This document shows positions 1 through 11,399 of a stretch of DNA of 64,000 nucleotides, one piece after another. The position numbers and the translations under genes were made by a program. Numbering within the stretch: position 1 is the stretch's first letter; each line of letters begins with the position of its first letter. This DNA is from Syncephalis fuscata S228. Its lineage: Eukaryota; Fungi; Zoopagomycota. The DNA is taken from contig JAHLTZ010000060.1 in assembly GCA_025786725.1 (NCBI GenBank), positions 12,523 through 76,522 of the forward strand, written 5' to 3'. The notes beneath the pieces were generated by a model. It made no database searches, was not told where the DNA came from, and saw nothing but the letters and a program-made list of their open reading frames with translations.

Positions 1-1184
1 ATTTGGGTATTACTCGTACTTACCAACGACTACGTCAGAGCTACTGGTGGCAGAATATGCATAGTGATGTATGCGACTATGTGACATCGTGCACAGTATG
101 TCAGAAGATACGACGAATACACCAACGATCTGGATTATTACAATCACTACCAGTGCCAGAAAAGCCATTCGACTTTATTGCCATCGACCTTATGGGTCCA
201 TTTACTGAGTCTGAACATGGTAATAAGTACGTAGCTGTATGCTGTGATTACACCACGCGTTGGATTGAAGCCGCTGCTATCCCAGATGCAACTGCAGAAA
301 CTACAGTACAGTTCCTGATGAATAACGTTATTGCTAGACACGGCATGCCTAGTGTACTACTTACTGATGGTGGTACTAACTTTACATCTGGATTAACTGC
401 CGGTATTGCGAAACGACTTGGCATACAGCGACGGATTACCTCCGCACGACGTCCACAGACTGACGGACTAGTTGAGCGTTTTAATCATACACTTGCATCG
501 ATGATCGCTAAGTTCACTAGTGATTTCGAAAAAGATTGGGATAAATATCTACCCCTGCTATTGTTTGCATACAGAACAACGAAACAGTCATCCGCTGGCC
601 ACTCACCATTTCAGTTACTATTCGGCCGAGAGGCGACTCAGCCATTAGAAGTAGCAGTTGGCCCTGTTTCAACGGCTCCAGTTCGGTTCCATAAGAGAGT
701 AGAAGAATATGAGGAATACGTCACCGATCTGCAACTCCGACTCAATGATGTCAGGGAAAGAGCCAAGTTAATGATTGAAGCGGCCCAACGTCGGCAGTCG
801 GCTAGGTATAATAAAGGAAGAAGAAAAGAACCATTTAAAGAAGGTGACTTAGTGTGGATAGAAGAACAACTACTAAAAGGTACGAAGTTGAGAAAGATGA
901 AAGAAAGAATGAAAGGTCCTTTTAAAGTGATAGAACAAACGTCAGCTGTCAACTACAGACTCAAGGATTTGGAAACACAAAGAATGTTTTCAGAACACGC
1001 TGATCGAATAATTCCACTTCACACACGACCTGCCCATTTATTATTACCCAACATATCAATTAACCAAATATCATTATCTAACCTTTCCACTAATTCACTT
1101 AATGTGTCAACGGGACGTTCGACACTTAGTGAGGGAGTGATGTGGCGACATATTCAGAACACGTGGTACACGGGTACCACGTAA
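1..1184 (+). mobile_element. Ty3/Gypsy LTR retrotransposon pol 3' end (integrase), truncated by the window start
   Basis: The ORF has the integrase Zn-binding tail (YWWQNM..DV.DYV.SC.VC), the rve DDE core (IAIDLMGP, LLTDGG.NF, QTDGLVERFN) and a GPF motif (KGPFKV). No chromodomain is seen. The ORF runs through the PPT into the LTR. Confidence 0.95.
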
Positions 1185-1412
1185 TCGATGTGTCAAGCCA
1201 GCTATAAAAGCTGGAATATTTACATTTATTAATAAAGTAGTTCAATCCTAAGAAAAACCTTTTATTACAAGATCCTAGTGTTTTATCTACCTTGCCGTAT
1301 TACTCAGTCCCCCTTCATAATAGTAATACGACAGGTAGTATTGCGAATACTACAATTGTCAGTGCTATGATCATTATCGCTATTGCTGCTGTGTACATCT
1401 ATCTACGTAACA
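1141..1412 (+). mobile_element. 3' LTR of the Gypsy element (right end uncertain: 1412 or 1333)
   Basis: A purine-rich PPT (GAGGGAGTGA, 1131-1140) is followed directly by TGTGGCG. TATAAAA lies at ~1203 and AATAAA at 1231. The candidate end CGTAACA is at 1406-1412. Confidence 0.65.
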
Positions 1413-2396
1413 CGTCTTCTTATTTGACAGTTGTCTGCAACTACAACCATTAAAGAAAGAAGATAAAAAACAATCATGATATATGGAGGAATAAGGGAGG
1501 ATAGCGGTTTGTGTACACATGCATAGTGAAACCAAATATGTCTATGCTGTGGTAGCACTATTGCCTTCATTTGGTCTTGGCCTATTATTCATTACTAAAC
1601 TTATACAAACTATAAGAGATAGCGCTGCCCTTATTGTTTATTACTTATCGTCGGTAACGGTCAATGAACGATGATGGATCGTCTTTATCGTGTTGGTAGA
1701 TTTGTAGGTTGGGTGGTGCAATAGATACAGGTCGGTCGAATCGGTTGGTAAAACCTGATTTGCTAGAATACTGTTGTTAGAACGCGCTAGTATTGTGGCT
1801 ACACTGGTTGGTTATGGAGAGAAATAGAGAAAGGACAATCTGGGGCATACATATGAAATTGGAATGACTGTGTGACTGCGTGGATATGCACGCGTGTTCG
1901 CATGGTCCATCCAGCTACTTGTCTGCTGCACGGCATGGCCAAGGACAGCGTGTGCTGCTTGTTGCATGCTAGACAATACATACTGTCTGTCTGCCTGTCA
2001 CTCTCTATTGCTCTTGCCAACAAGCGCAGCGCCCCTTACTGCTACGGCCCAACTCCTTTTCTTTCAACTTAATCTCTGCAGTCATCATTATAGTATTCGT
2101 AATTCCTCCACTCGTTAATTACCAGGCATATAGTCTGCTATTTTTATTAAGCTTTAATCCTACCTAATATCCATACTTTTTGTTTCGCCGACCATAACCT
2201 GCAGGCCATAGCTACCTGTCTTTGTACTGCTCCCTTTGGTGTACAACGTTGCTAGATTGGTCTACGTTTATATATTACGCTTTTGTAGTTCTTTGTTTAA
2301 TTCGTGTTCTTTGACTTGTATTCGTGCTATCGGTGATTGTAGTGTTAGTTCTGACGCGTATTTCATATCATAGTCTTTTTTCCACTTTATATCACC

Positions 2397-3522
2397 ATGT
2401 CTGCTATCCAAGACAAGTCTACCACTGTAGTGGCCCCCGAACAGTTGCCACCATCGTCCAGCACTGGTGGTCGCAAGAAGAAGAGCAAGAGCGGTGCCGC
2501 CAAGCGCAAGAGAAAGCAGCAGCGTGCCGCTGAAGAAGCCGCTGCTGCTAAGGCCACAGCTCTTGCGGCTACCAACATGTTTGTACACGCTGCCTCTGAT
2601 GCTTCAGGTAGCGAGACTGAAGGTGCATCGACGCCCAAACATGAGATTGACACTGAGAAGCGTCAGCTTGCTGAAGCATTGTTGAACGAATCAGCATCTG
2701 TTTCGTTGAGCAAGTCTGGTAGTTCCGGTGGCCAATCCACCGCATCAAACACCGATGTTGCCTCTGAGGATGACAAGGTGGTTGAGAAGGTGAAGAAGGC
2801 CGATAAGGCCGAGGAAAAGATTGAAGAGGAAGTCAAGGAAACTGAGGCAGAGCCTGAAGTAACCAACACTGAAGGTAGTTAGCATTATTTAATAATTAAT
2901 AGCGTATTTAACTAATAATAATACTTTTATAGAACCAGCTGCAGTGGAAACGACCGAATCAGCTGATGTTAAGCCAGCTGAAGTTACTCCATTGGAGGAA
3001 GTAGTGGCTGCTGAGCCAGTTGAAGCTGCCTCCAAATCAGTAGAGGCTGAAGCTGTTGTCGTTGCTGATGAGCCCATTACTGAAACAGCTGCTCTTGTTG
3101 AAGAAAAGGAGCCAGTTGTTGAAGCAGCAGGCAAAGATGATGACGCTGCTGTTGTTGCGGAGGAAGCTAAGCCTGTTGAACAAGAGGCTGTAGAGGAGGA
3201 GAAGAAAGTAGAGGCAGTTGTAGTTGAAGATGAAGTTAAGCCAGAAGTAACTGAGGAAGTCAAGGCGGCTGAACTAGTTAAAGAAGAAGTGGAAGAGACA
3301 CGGGCTGAAGAGCCAACACCTGGTGTATCAACACGTAGCGTTGAAAGTGGTGCAGTTCTTGTTACTAAAGTACCAGTATCCAAATCAAGCAACAAGACAG
3401 CACCATCATCCAAGACACGTTCTGTGCAGCCATCGATCGTTTCTGACACAACAGTTGATACGGCAACACCCAAGAAGAAGAAGAGCATTTGGAAGAAGAT
3501 CAAAAAGATCCTTAAAAAGTAA
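2397..3522 (+). CDS. Low-complexity E/A/V/K-rich protein, 355 aa, one intron (2875-2932)
   Basis: Two ORFs join in frame across a 58-nt GT-AG intron with CTAAT. The N-terminus has a basic patch, the middle is acidic, and the C-terminus is amphipathic and basic (KKKKSIWKKIKKILKK). Confidence 0.8.
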
Positions 3523-5039
3523 AGCAATTAAGGATATGACAGGCATTACAGTGTCTGTCGCCACAGCACCCTTTTGAATTGTGTTGGCAAGTGTAACGAT
3601 CATGTTATATTTACACACACACACACACACAACGCTACGCAATCCGATCAAGTACATACACTGATATCTTATTATAGATGACGTGTAATCACCGACAACG
3701 AATGCGTATTTGTGTATCGCCGTTTCTGCGTGTATAATTGGTGTTGTTTTTGTTTTCTTCGTTTTTAGTGCGCTGATTTACCTTATGCTTCGTTTCGTAT
3801 TATTTCATCGAGATGTGCCTCTTTCTATTTTCATTCTTCCTATGCACACCGACAACAACATGCATGCTGCACACATTATATATATATTTTATATAACCAT
3901 TTATAATTTGTTGGCGCCTTTTTGTGACATTTCTGCAACTCATTTGATATTCAGCTACAATCTATCAACACGAGTTGACCATTGAACCTATTCAATTAAC
4001 CAACCAACCACTATTAGTACTAACCACAGCTATATTATGATACTTGGGAATGATGCTACAATATTAATCGTTTTTATTAACTATTAGCAAACAGTTTGTT
4101 TTTTTCTGTTATTCCACTAATATCATACAATCATAAATAAATCTATCATTGAAAAATACTAATACTATTAATACTAGGGAGCTATTTTACTTTGAATTCC
4201 TATCCTTCGGTTTAAGGATAAAAATATCCATAATTTGAATAGTAAATCGTCGATCAGTTTTACTACTGAGAAGTGCTATTTGTTAAAGCAATGTCACATC
4301 AACTTTGATTGAATCAATCAATATTCGATATTAGTGTTAATAAATATTATAGTATTTCATGTCACTTACAATAAAATATAATAGATAGATAAATGTTAAT
4401 CCATGTTATTATTGCTGTAAAGTATTCAAAGCATTATAATTTAGTGATTTAATATAACTCACCACCCAGTTACATGTTTAGTAGAACAACAAATGTGTAG
4501 TTCAATCAAGTAAAGGATGTCAGCTTTGATCTTTTGACACTAAATTACATGAGTCTACTAATAACTTAATACATGGAAGTTATTATACGTTGCCTTTTAC
4601 ATTTTTATTTACTCGTTTCACTCTTATTTTTCTATTGCTATCTTATTGTTCTATTTAGTGCTATATTATACAATAATACCGAATATAACAATATAAATAG
4701 CATACGTATTTGAACATCAATAAATAACATGATTCAATCCCTAGACTTTATTTCTTTTACTTTACATCAACACCTGTTCAAGTAACCTCAACGGCATGCC
4801 GTATCTTCTGGCTACAACTGCCGCCACAAGATCTTCCTGATAAAGAAACTCAACCTATCATTATTGCATATGATAAAGGCCATTTGCTTCATCAATGGCT
4901 GGCAAATAAACTGCGCCTACCAAGTTGATATTAAGAATGCCTAAGAGAATGGTGAACATCAGAAATGCTAGTCGTCCTACCTTCTTGTGACCATAGACAA
5001 GTATTTTACATAGTAAATACGCCCAAAATGCAACAATGG

Positions 5040-5195
5040 AAAATTAGAAAATAGAATAGACCACTCAGATACAAGAACCCACACTGTACGTAGTAACAAC
5101 AATAACAACTGCGGAGCGATATGAAATTGCGGTCAATGGCTTTTATTAATACTCAATCAATCTTTCTACACATAGCCAACAACAATAATAATCAG
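5040..5195 (+). repeat. Dispersed ~150-bp repeat, copy A
   Basis: Shares AGATACAAGAACCCACACTGTACGTAGTAACAACAATAACAA...GGCTTTTATTAATA...ATAGCCAACAAC with 9130-9285. A more diverged copy lies at ~25900-25980. Confidence 0.85.
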
Positions 5196-6920
5196 CCTTA
5201 TGAATTGCAAAGTAGTTAAATGAATATTGTAGCTATGTTTGTTGTGAATAATAGCATGACTTCAATTGAAACAAATTTTGCTTTGAAAACTCAAAATATG
5301 AGAGTCAAAGTAGAATTGGGAAATTTTGAAAAGCTAAAAATTCTTGATAAGAAAAAAAAGTTAATTACAATAAATGCAACAAATTCTATTTTAAACTTTG
5401 TTTATTTACATAATCTAATTAATGTAGCAATATTAACGGCAATGCCAATAGTGTTTTATTTGCCAAAATACTTCCAACAACTTACTTGTGGTAAATGTGG
5501 CTAACAAATACAATACAAAAATATGCTCTGTAAGAATTAGTATTAATAATATTGAGCTGGTAGTTAATGTTAAAACAAATGTTTATATTGAATAAATACA
5601 AACTACTAATGAAACAACTATCAAAGTAAATAAAGTGTAATGCAAACAAAATAATTTAATTAATAATTTTTTTAAAATATAAAATTGACCAACAGATAAA
5701 ATTATACTTGTTTGTTTAAAGCGTTTCAGATATCAGATTTAGCAAGTAAACAATTTCGAATTACATAAAAGTATTACTGTCTTAATTAACTTGAGCTAAT
5801 TAGTTGATGTATCAAGCAAAAGTGGAGATATGCAAAATAAAACTGTCAATATGGCATTTATCATTGATAAACTAAAACAATTTACTTGAACATTTATTCT
5901 TAAACGCCACAATAGTCGCTTCAATATTCTAATTTAAAAAAGTCATGGAACATGGCAAAAGAAGCTTAAGAGGGTGTTGTGGTGGATTACTTAAATTACT
6001 TGATTTGTATTAAATCTTATGGTAATTTTATTAACTAAATAAAGATAACCTTTTTTCATAATATTAAGCACAATATTGGTTGTTTAATGTAATTTAACTA
6101 TTAAATAACTATAATAGCCTCACATTTAAACTAAATATCCGCTTTAGTGAAAATGAAACTGAGTGGTGAGTGTCATTGGTGATAAAATATATATTTACCA
6201 TTATTATTGCACTGTAGATATCTATCCTGTATACATATACTATATATCCGCGTATACCACTAATATTGTAAATTGTAAAAGCTATATTAACAAAGGCTAA
6301 AAGTTTACTGCCAGCTGGATTCTTTAATAGATTTTGATTTATTTTGTTCATTACTTTTAGTAAATTGCATTAGTATAGTTTTGCTATTACTATTCATGTA
6401 TTTGTTCTGTCTATTTATTTTATTTTATAGTATTCTATGCTTTATTGCCATGTTTTATTAAAAAAGCTTATTTATTCTAATTTCAGCACAATGTTATGTA
6501 GCTATATGATAATAATAGCTTTGCTACTATCCATACCAATATATGTCTATAGCTTAGACAATATAATTATACACATTTTGTTAATTTAACTATTTGATTA
6601 ATAGTTATTAAGCATTGAATGCAAATAGAACATGGTTATAAATATAGCAATTCGATTGTATATAGTTAAGATGAAACCATAAGTTTATAGTAATAAACTT
6701 GCACAGTTGAATAGAGGCAACTAGATGCAAACATGTTGGTAACATAATGATTCCATTGATTAAAGACTGGATAAACCGGAGCATTGGCCAAAACTTGATA
6801 TATAGATAGACTGGACGGCGTAGTTGTCAAATAGTCTTGCTTTGCACCGAATATATACCTAAAGTGTATTGGACTAGTAGTTCAATTGCGCTACCGATGC
6901 TGATGTCTTGAAACCATCGA

Positions 6921-7895
6921 TTATACTGTATTTACAAATAAAAATATTATATGCCATATAATTAGTGTATAAGGCATCAATATTAATATTAAATAATCGG
7001 TACAATCAGTAAATGGCATAGTTAATATATGGTCAGTCGACGTATAATATAACTTACCGCCTATTAATATTAAGTTATTTATATGCATAATACATGACAT
7101 AATTAGTGCATAGTTAGTTAACATACAACACAACTTACAGTCTATTAATATTGTTATTTATACACATAATACATGGTACATAATTAGTGCATAATCAGTT
7201 GATATATAATATAACTTACCCCCTATTAATAATAAGTTATTTATATGCATAGTACATGACATAGTTAGTACATAGTTAGTTAACATACAACACAACTTAC
7301 ACCCTATTAATATCAAGTTGTTTATACGCATAATACGTGGTACATAATTAGTGCATAATCAGTTGATATATAATATAACTTACAATCTATTAAGTTATTT
7401 ATACGCATAATACATGGTGCATAGTCAGTGCATAATTAGTCAATATATAATACAACTTACATTCTATTAATATTAAATTATTTATACGCATAATACATGG
7501 TACATAATTAGTGTATAATCAGTCAATATATAATATAACTTACTGCCTATTAATATTAAGTTGTTTATACGCATAATACGTGGTACATAATTAGTACATG
7601 ATCAGTCAATAATAGTATAACTTACAACCTATTAGTATTAAGTTATTTATGCGCGTAATAAACGGTACATAATTAGTGCATAGTCAGTCAATATACAATA
7701 CAACTTACTCCCTATTAATATTAAGTTAGAAATACTGTTAGTAAGCATGATAATATAATATATCTATTGTCATCGAAACATACGACGAACCAAAGTTGAT
7801 TTATCATCTACCATAGCTGGTTTAGCATCTACTATGGTTGTAGCGGCTATCAAAGCCACAAGGACGATGCAAATAACGGCAATGGAAAGCTTCAT
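6921..7895 (-). CDS. Secreted peptide precursor (47 aa) built from nine 3-nt micro-exons: MKLSIAVICIVLVALIAATTIVDAKPAMVDDKSTLVRR-SCKYWWDCV
   Basis: Exon 1 is 7895-7784 (signal peptide, propeptide, GTATGT donor). Micro-exons: 7711-7709 GGA, 7628-7626 GTT, 7546-7544 GCA, 7463-7461 AAT, 7386-7384 ATT, 7303-7301 GGT, 7222-7220 GGG, 7141-7139 ACT, 7060-7058 GCG. Each lies between AATAG and GTAAGTT. The last coding exon is 6925-6921 (TA TAA) after CAG. Confidence 0.85.
6975..7728 (-). repeat. Tandem repeat with a 77-83 bp unit, ~9 copies (each unit = intron + 3-nt exon)
   Basis: ACTTAC recurs on the + strand at 7052, 7133, 7214, 7295, 7378, 7455, 7538, 7620 and 7703. The triplet that follows differs in every copy. 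Confidence 0.95.
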
Positions 7896-9129
7896 GGTAA
7901 TATTGATTTGTTGAGACAAACGAATAAAAAAGATAGTAGAGTGTGATTGGTATAAAGTGTATAGTGGTGCGTGTTTAGCAAGGAGTAGAGTGTGATGATG
8001 ATATCGCAGTTGGTTGTGTATATTTTGTGGGCTATTTAAACTTATGGCTATGTAGAGATACTAGTATACTGTAATATATGAGGTATATTTTTGGTGTATA
8101 ATATGAACCAATAAAGCAATCCAGGTGATGGTCTGAAATGCGCATGCACCAATAGATTCATGGCGTGACAGCATGCTTTCCAGCTTTGATTTTGACCTGC
8201 TCGGCATTTACACAAATGACGTAACAATGTTTATAATCCAGTACATATGCGATAGAGATAGATATACTAGCCTGTATTTTTGTCGCATGGTTTAACTATT
8301 TGCTAAAAACAAGTACATTATTTGGTTTTGTAAAAATTATAATGATGTCTTTGCTGCTGCTTCCACTGAATGACTCGACCCCAATGTCTACATGCATACA
8401 AAATAGCACACAACACTGATGCAAAAACAAGTTTAATATATGAAACTAGTATTTTTTTTATATAGCTCTTTACTTCTATACATAAGCTAATTATAATTTT
8501 TAAATTATAAAGCGTGTTGATTGGTACATGTGTGCATTTCATTCGACACTATGCTCATTGTTATGGGATAGCAATTGTTTTGAATTCACAAATGCATCAT
8601 GCCACCTAGACATATTGTGCTACATGTCGTGCAACTACTATCATCCAAATGGCGGTTAATTCAAATTATCTAAAATTGACTATACAATAAGTACTATTTG
8701 TAGGGTGATGCATCACAGCATTTTGAGCAATGGAACACTCCAACATGTCATTTTCGTCGTCAGTTTTCAGTTGTAAACTAGATTGCATCGGATAAATTAC
8801 ACGCAATGCAATATGTAGACACTAGATTAGACACAGTAAAAAGCTCTAACCAATTACCAACAAGCTCGAGTGCATAATGTTAATGGATTGCATATAAACC
8901 GGTAATCATCCAAGGCCTAACTGCTGCTTATATTTCTGAAACTTAATTCTGGCAAGTCAAGCAAGATGGAATATAGAAGAACAAGCCAAAGCAGAAACCA
9001 ATGAAAAAAACAATCAGCAGCTCAAAGGCTTACTGGTTTAACCTATAGCAAATCATTACAGTTATGCTATGCTGAACTGCGTTTATCAAAAGTCGACTGT
9101 TGCTGATGCGACCAGAACGGTAGCAATGA

Positions 9130-9285
9130 TGGAATATTGGAGAATAGAATACCATTTAGATACAAGAACCCACACTGTACGTAGTAACAACAATAACAAT
9201 TGCGGAATGGCATGTAATTACAATCATATGGCTTTTATTAATATTTGATTAATTTTTCTACATATAGCCAACAACGGCAATGATC
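9130..9285 (+). repeat. Dispersed ~150-bp repeat, copy B
   Basis: Direct-orientation match to 5040-5195. Confidence 0.85.
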
Positions 9286-9582
9286 AATCTCAAATATTTC
9301 AAAGAAATCAAGTAGAATGTTACATTGTTTAAATATTTAATATTATTACCGATACAATGTTCAGTTACATTTAATCAATTTTATGGAAATAATAATGGAC
9401 AATAATATTACATTAGTATTTATTGTGAATGATCATTTAAACACAAATTAATTTAATCAATTCGTCAATTATTTAAATCATTATTTCTATTTCATATTGA
9501 TTGTTTGGCTTGTTTATTATTATTGTTGTTGTGTTGCTGTTGCTGTTGCAACTATTGTTTATCTATAATCTCTAATGCAACT

Positions 9583-11298
9583 ATGGAGGAAGGCGAACTA
9601 GACTTAGACGCTAAACTTGCCGCTTCTAAAAACAACGGGCAGCCTAGTCATCGCGAAAATCTTGTACATTCTAGTACAAGCGAGTCAATCGCGTCAGGAG
9701 AACAGCAAACAGCACTAGGCCGGTCTAAATGGGAGTCTGATCACGAGTATAGCGATGACAATGAGAATAATACAACACTTAGAAAGCGAAAGCCGGCAAA
9801 AACCGAACGTAAACGATTAAAACGACGAAAAGAAACTGTAACAATGGCAGAAGAAGAAAAGACGATTGATACAATGGAAGTAACATCTAAAGCACACCAA
9901 GAACCGCTCAATCAATCATCTGATATGGCGACAGCAGCAATGCATCAGCTATCGGTAAAAGAAGTATGGAAGCCACGACCACAGCCACAGCCACCGACCA
10001 TTCGACGATGTGGATCGGTCGATCGATATGAACGACTGAATCGTATTGATGAAGGCTCTTATGGCGTTGTTTATCGGGCACGTGATCGTGAAACCGGCGA
10101 AATAGTTGCGCTAAAACGACTCAAATGCGAGCATCAAGATCGAGTAGGCTTTCCAGTTACTGATCTACGTGAAATTCATACACTTTTATGGGTCAAACAT
10201 GAGAATATTGTCAATGTACGGGAGATTGTTGTAGGGAGTGGTACACCACCAAAGTAAGTGTAAACAATAACTATAGTAATAATAATAATAATAATAGCTG
10301 GATCATTAATACACTAATGATTAGAGTATTTATTGTGATGGATTTCCTTGAACATGACCTAAAGACGTTAATGACGGGTATGCGCTCGCCATTCATGCAG
10401 TCGGAGGTAAAAACTCTTATGTTACAGCTATTGTCGGCTGTGAGTACACTGCATCGTAATTGGATTATTCATCGTGATTTAAAAACAAGTAATTTGTTGA
10501 TGAATAATCGCGGTCGTGTTAAAGTAGCCGATTTTGGTTTGGCGCGTAAATTTGGTAGTCCACTTAATGCAATGACCATCCCTGTTGTGACACTATGGTA
10601 TCGGTAAGCCGTATGCATAACAGGTGCCTTAATAGCAACGCTAACGTAGTGACGATAAATGACCAATATTAGTGCGCCAGAACTGCTCTTAGGCGCTAAG
10701 GAGTATACGACGGCGGTTGATATGTGGTCAATTGGTTGTATATTCGGAGAAATGCTACTTAATGAACCGATGATACCAGGTCGTGGTGAGATAGATCAGT
10801 TGAATAAGGTAAAAAATAGGAATTAAATACATAATGGATATTAATAGATCTACAGATATTTCAATTACTTGGGACACCCAATGAAGAATTTGGCCCGGAT
10901 TAAATCAATTACCAAGTGCCAAAAGTATTAATTTTGTAGAGCAGCCGTAAGTAGTATTGATAACAAAATAAATGGATAATTAATCGGTATGGATAGATAT
11001 AATATGCTTCGATCCAAATTTAAATACGTTACAGCAAACGGAATAGATTTGCTGGGACAGTTTCTTACTTATGATCCGGAGAAGCGGATTACGGCAGAGA
11101 AAGCATTACAGCATCCGTATTTTAGGTAAGTGTTGGGCTATGATGAATCTTAGATGATTAATGAATACAATGAACAGCGAGAATCCACCGCCACAGCACC
11201 CGGATCTCTTTCCTAGCTGGCCATCAAAAGCGTCTAAAGAACGAGCCGGTGCTATGGTATCACCTGTACTTATTGTTCCCGAAGCAAATATGGAATAA
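9583..11298 (+). CDS. CDK11: CDK11/PITSLRE-family cyclin-dependent kinase (multi-exon)
   Basis: Motifs [62 protein letters not shown] and C-terminal FPSWPSK. One apparent 1-nt deletion at ~10888. Confidence 0.9.
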
Positions 11299-11399
11299 AA
11301 TAGCTTGTTTAATTGTTATACTATTGATAGATCGTAGTTGATACGAATAACTGTAATGACTCAAGACACAGCATAAATTAATGTTGTTTTATTAACAGA

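Noticed and set aside
2889-3527. 212-aa antisense Ser/Thr/Ala-rich ORF (and similar antisense ORFs over GLN4, the kinase tail and SEC62)
   Set aside because: These are shadows of the biased codon usage of the real gene on the opposite strand.
3613-3631. (AC)n microsatellite
   Set aside because: Ordinary short repeat in a 3' UTR region.
4730-5010. Short coding-like relics (also ~8880-9125, ~18600-18890, ~30030-30270)
   Set aside because: They are interrupted by stops with no recognisable family motif, too weak to call.
6921-7133. 70-aa ORF on the minus strand within the array
   Set aside because: It is a chance read-through of AT-rich intron repeats and has no ATG start.
6975-7728. CRISPR-like or simple minisatellite reading of the 82-bp array
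   Set aside because: The context is eukaryotic, there are no cas genes, and the spacers are only 3 nt. Conserved GT/branch/AG signals and the in-frame spliced product explain it better as an intron array.
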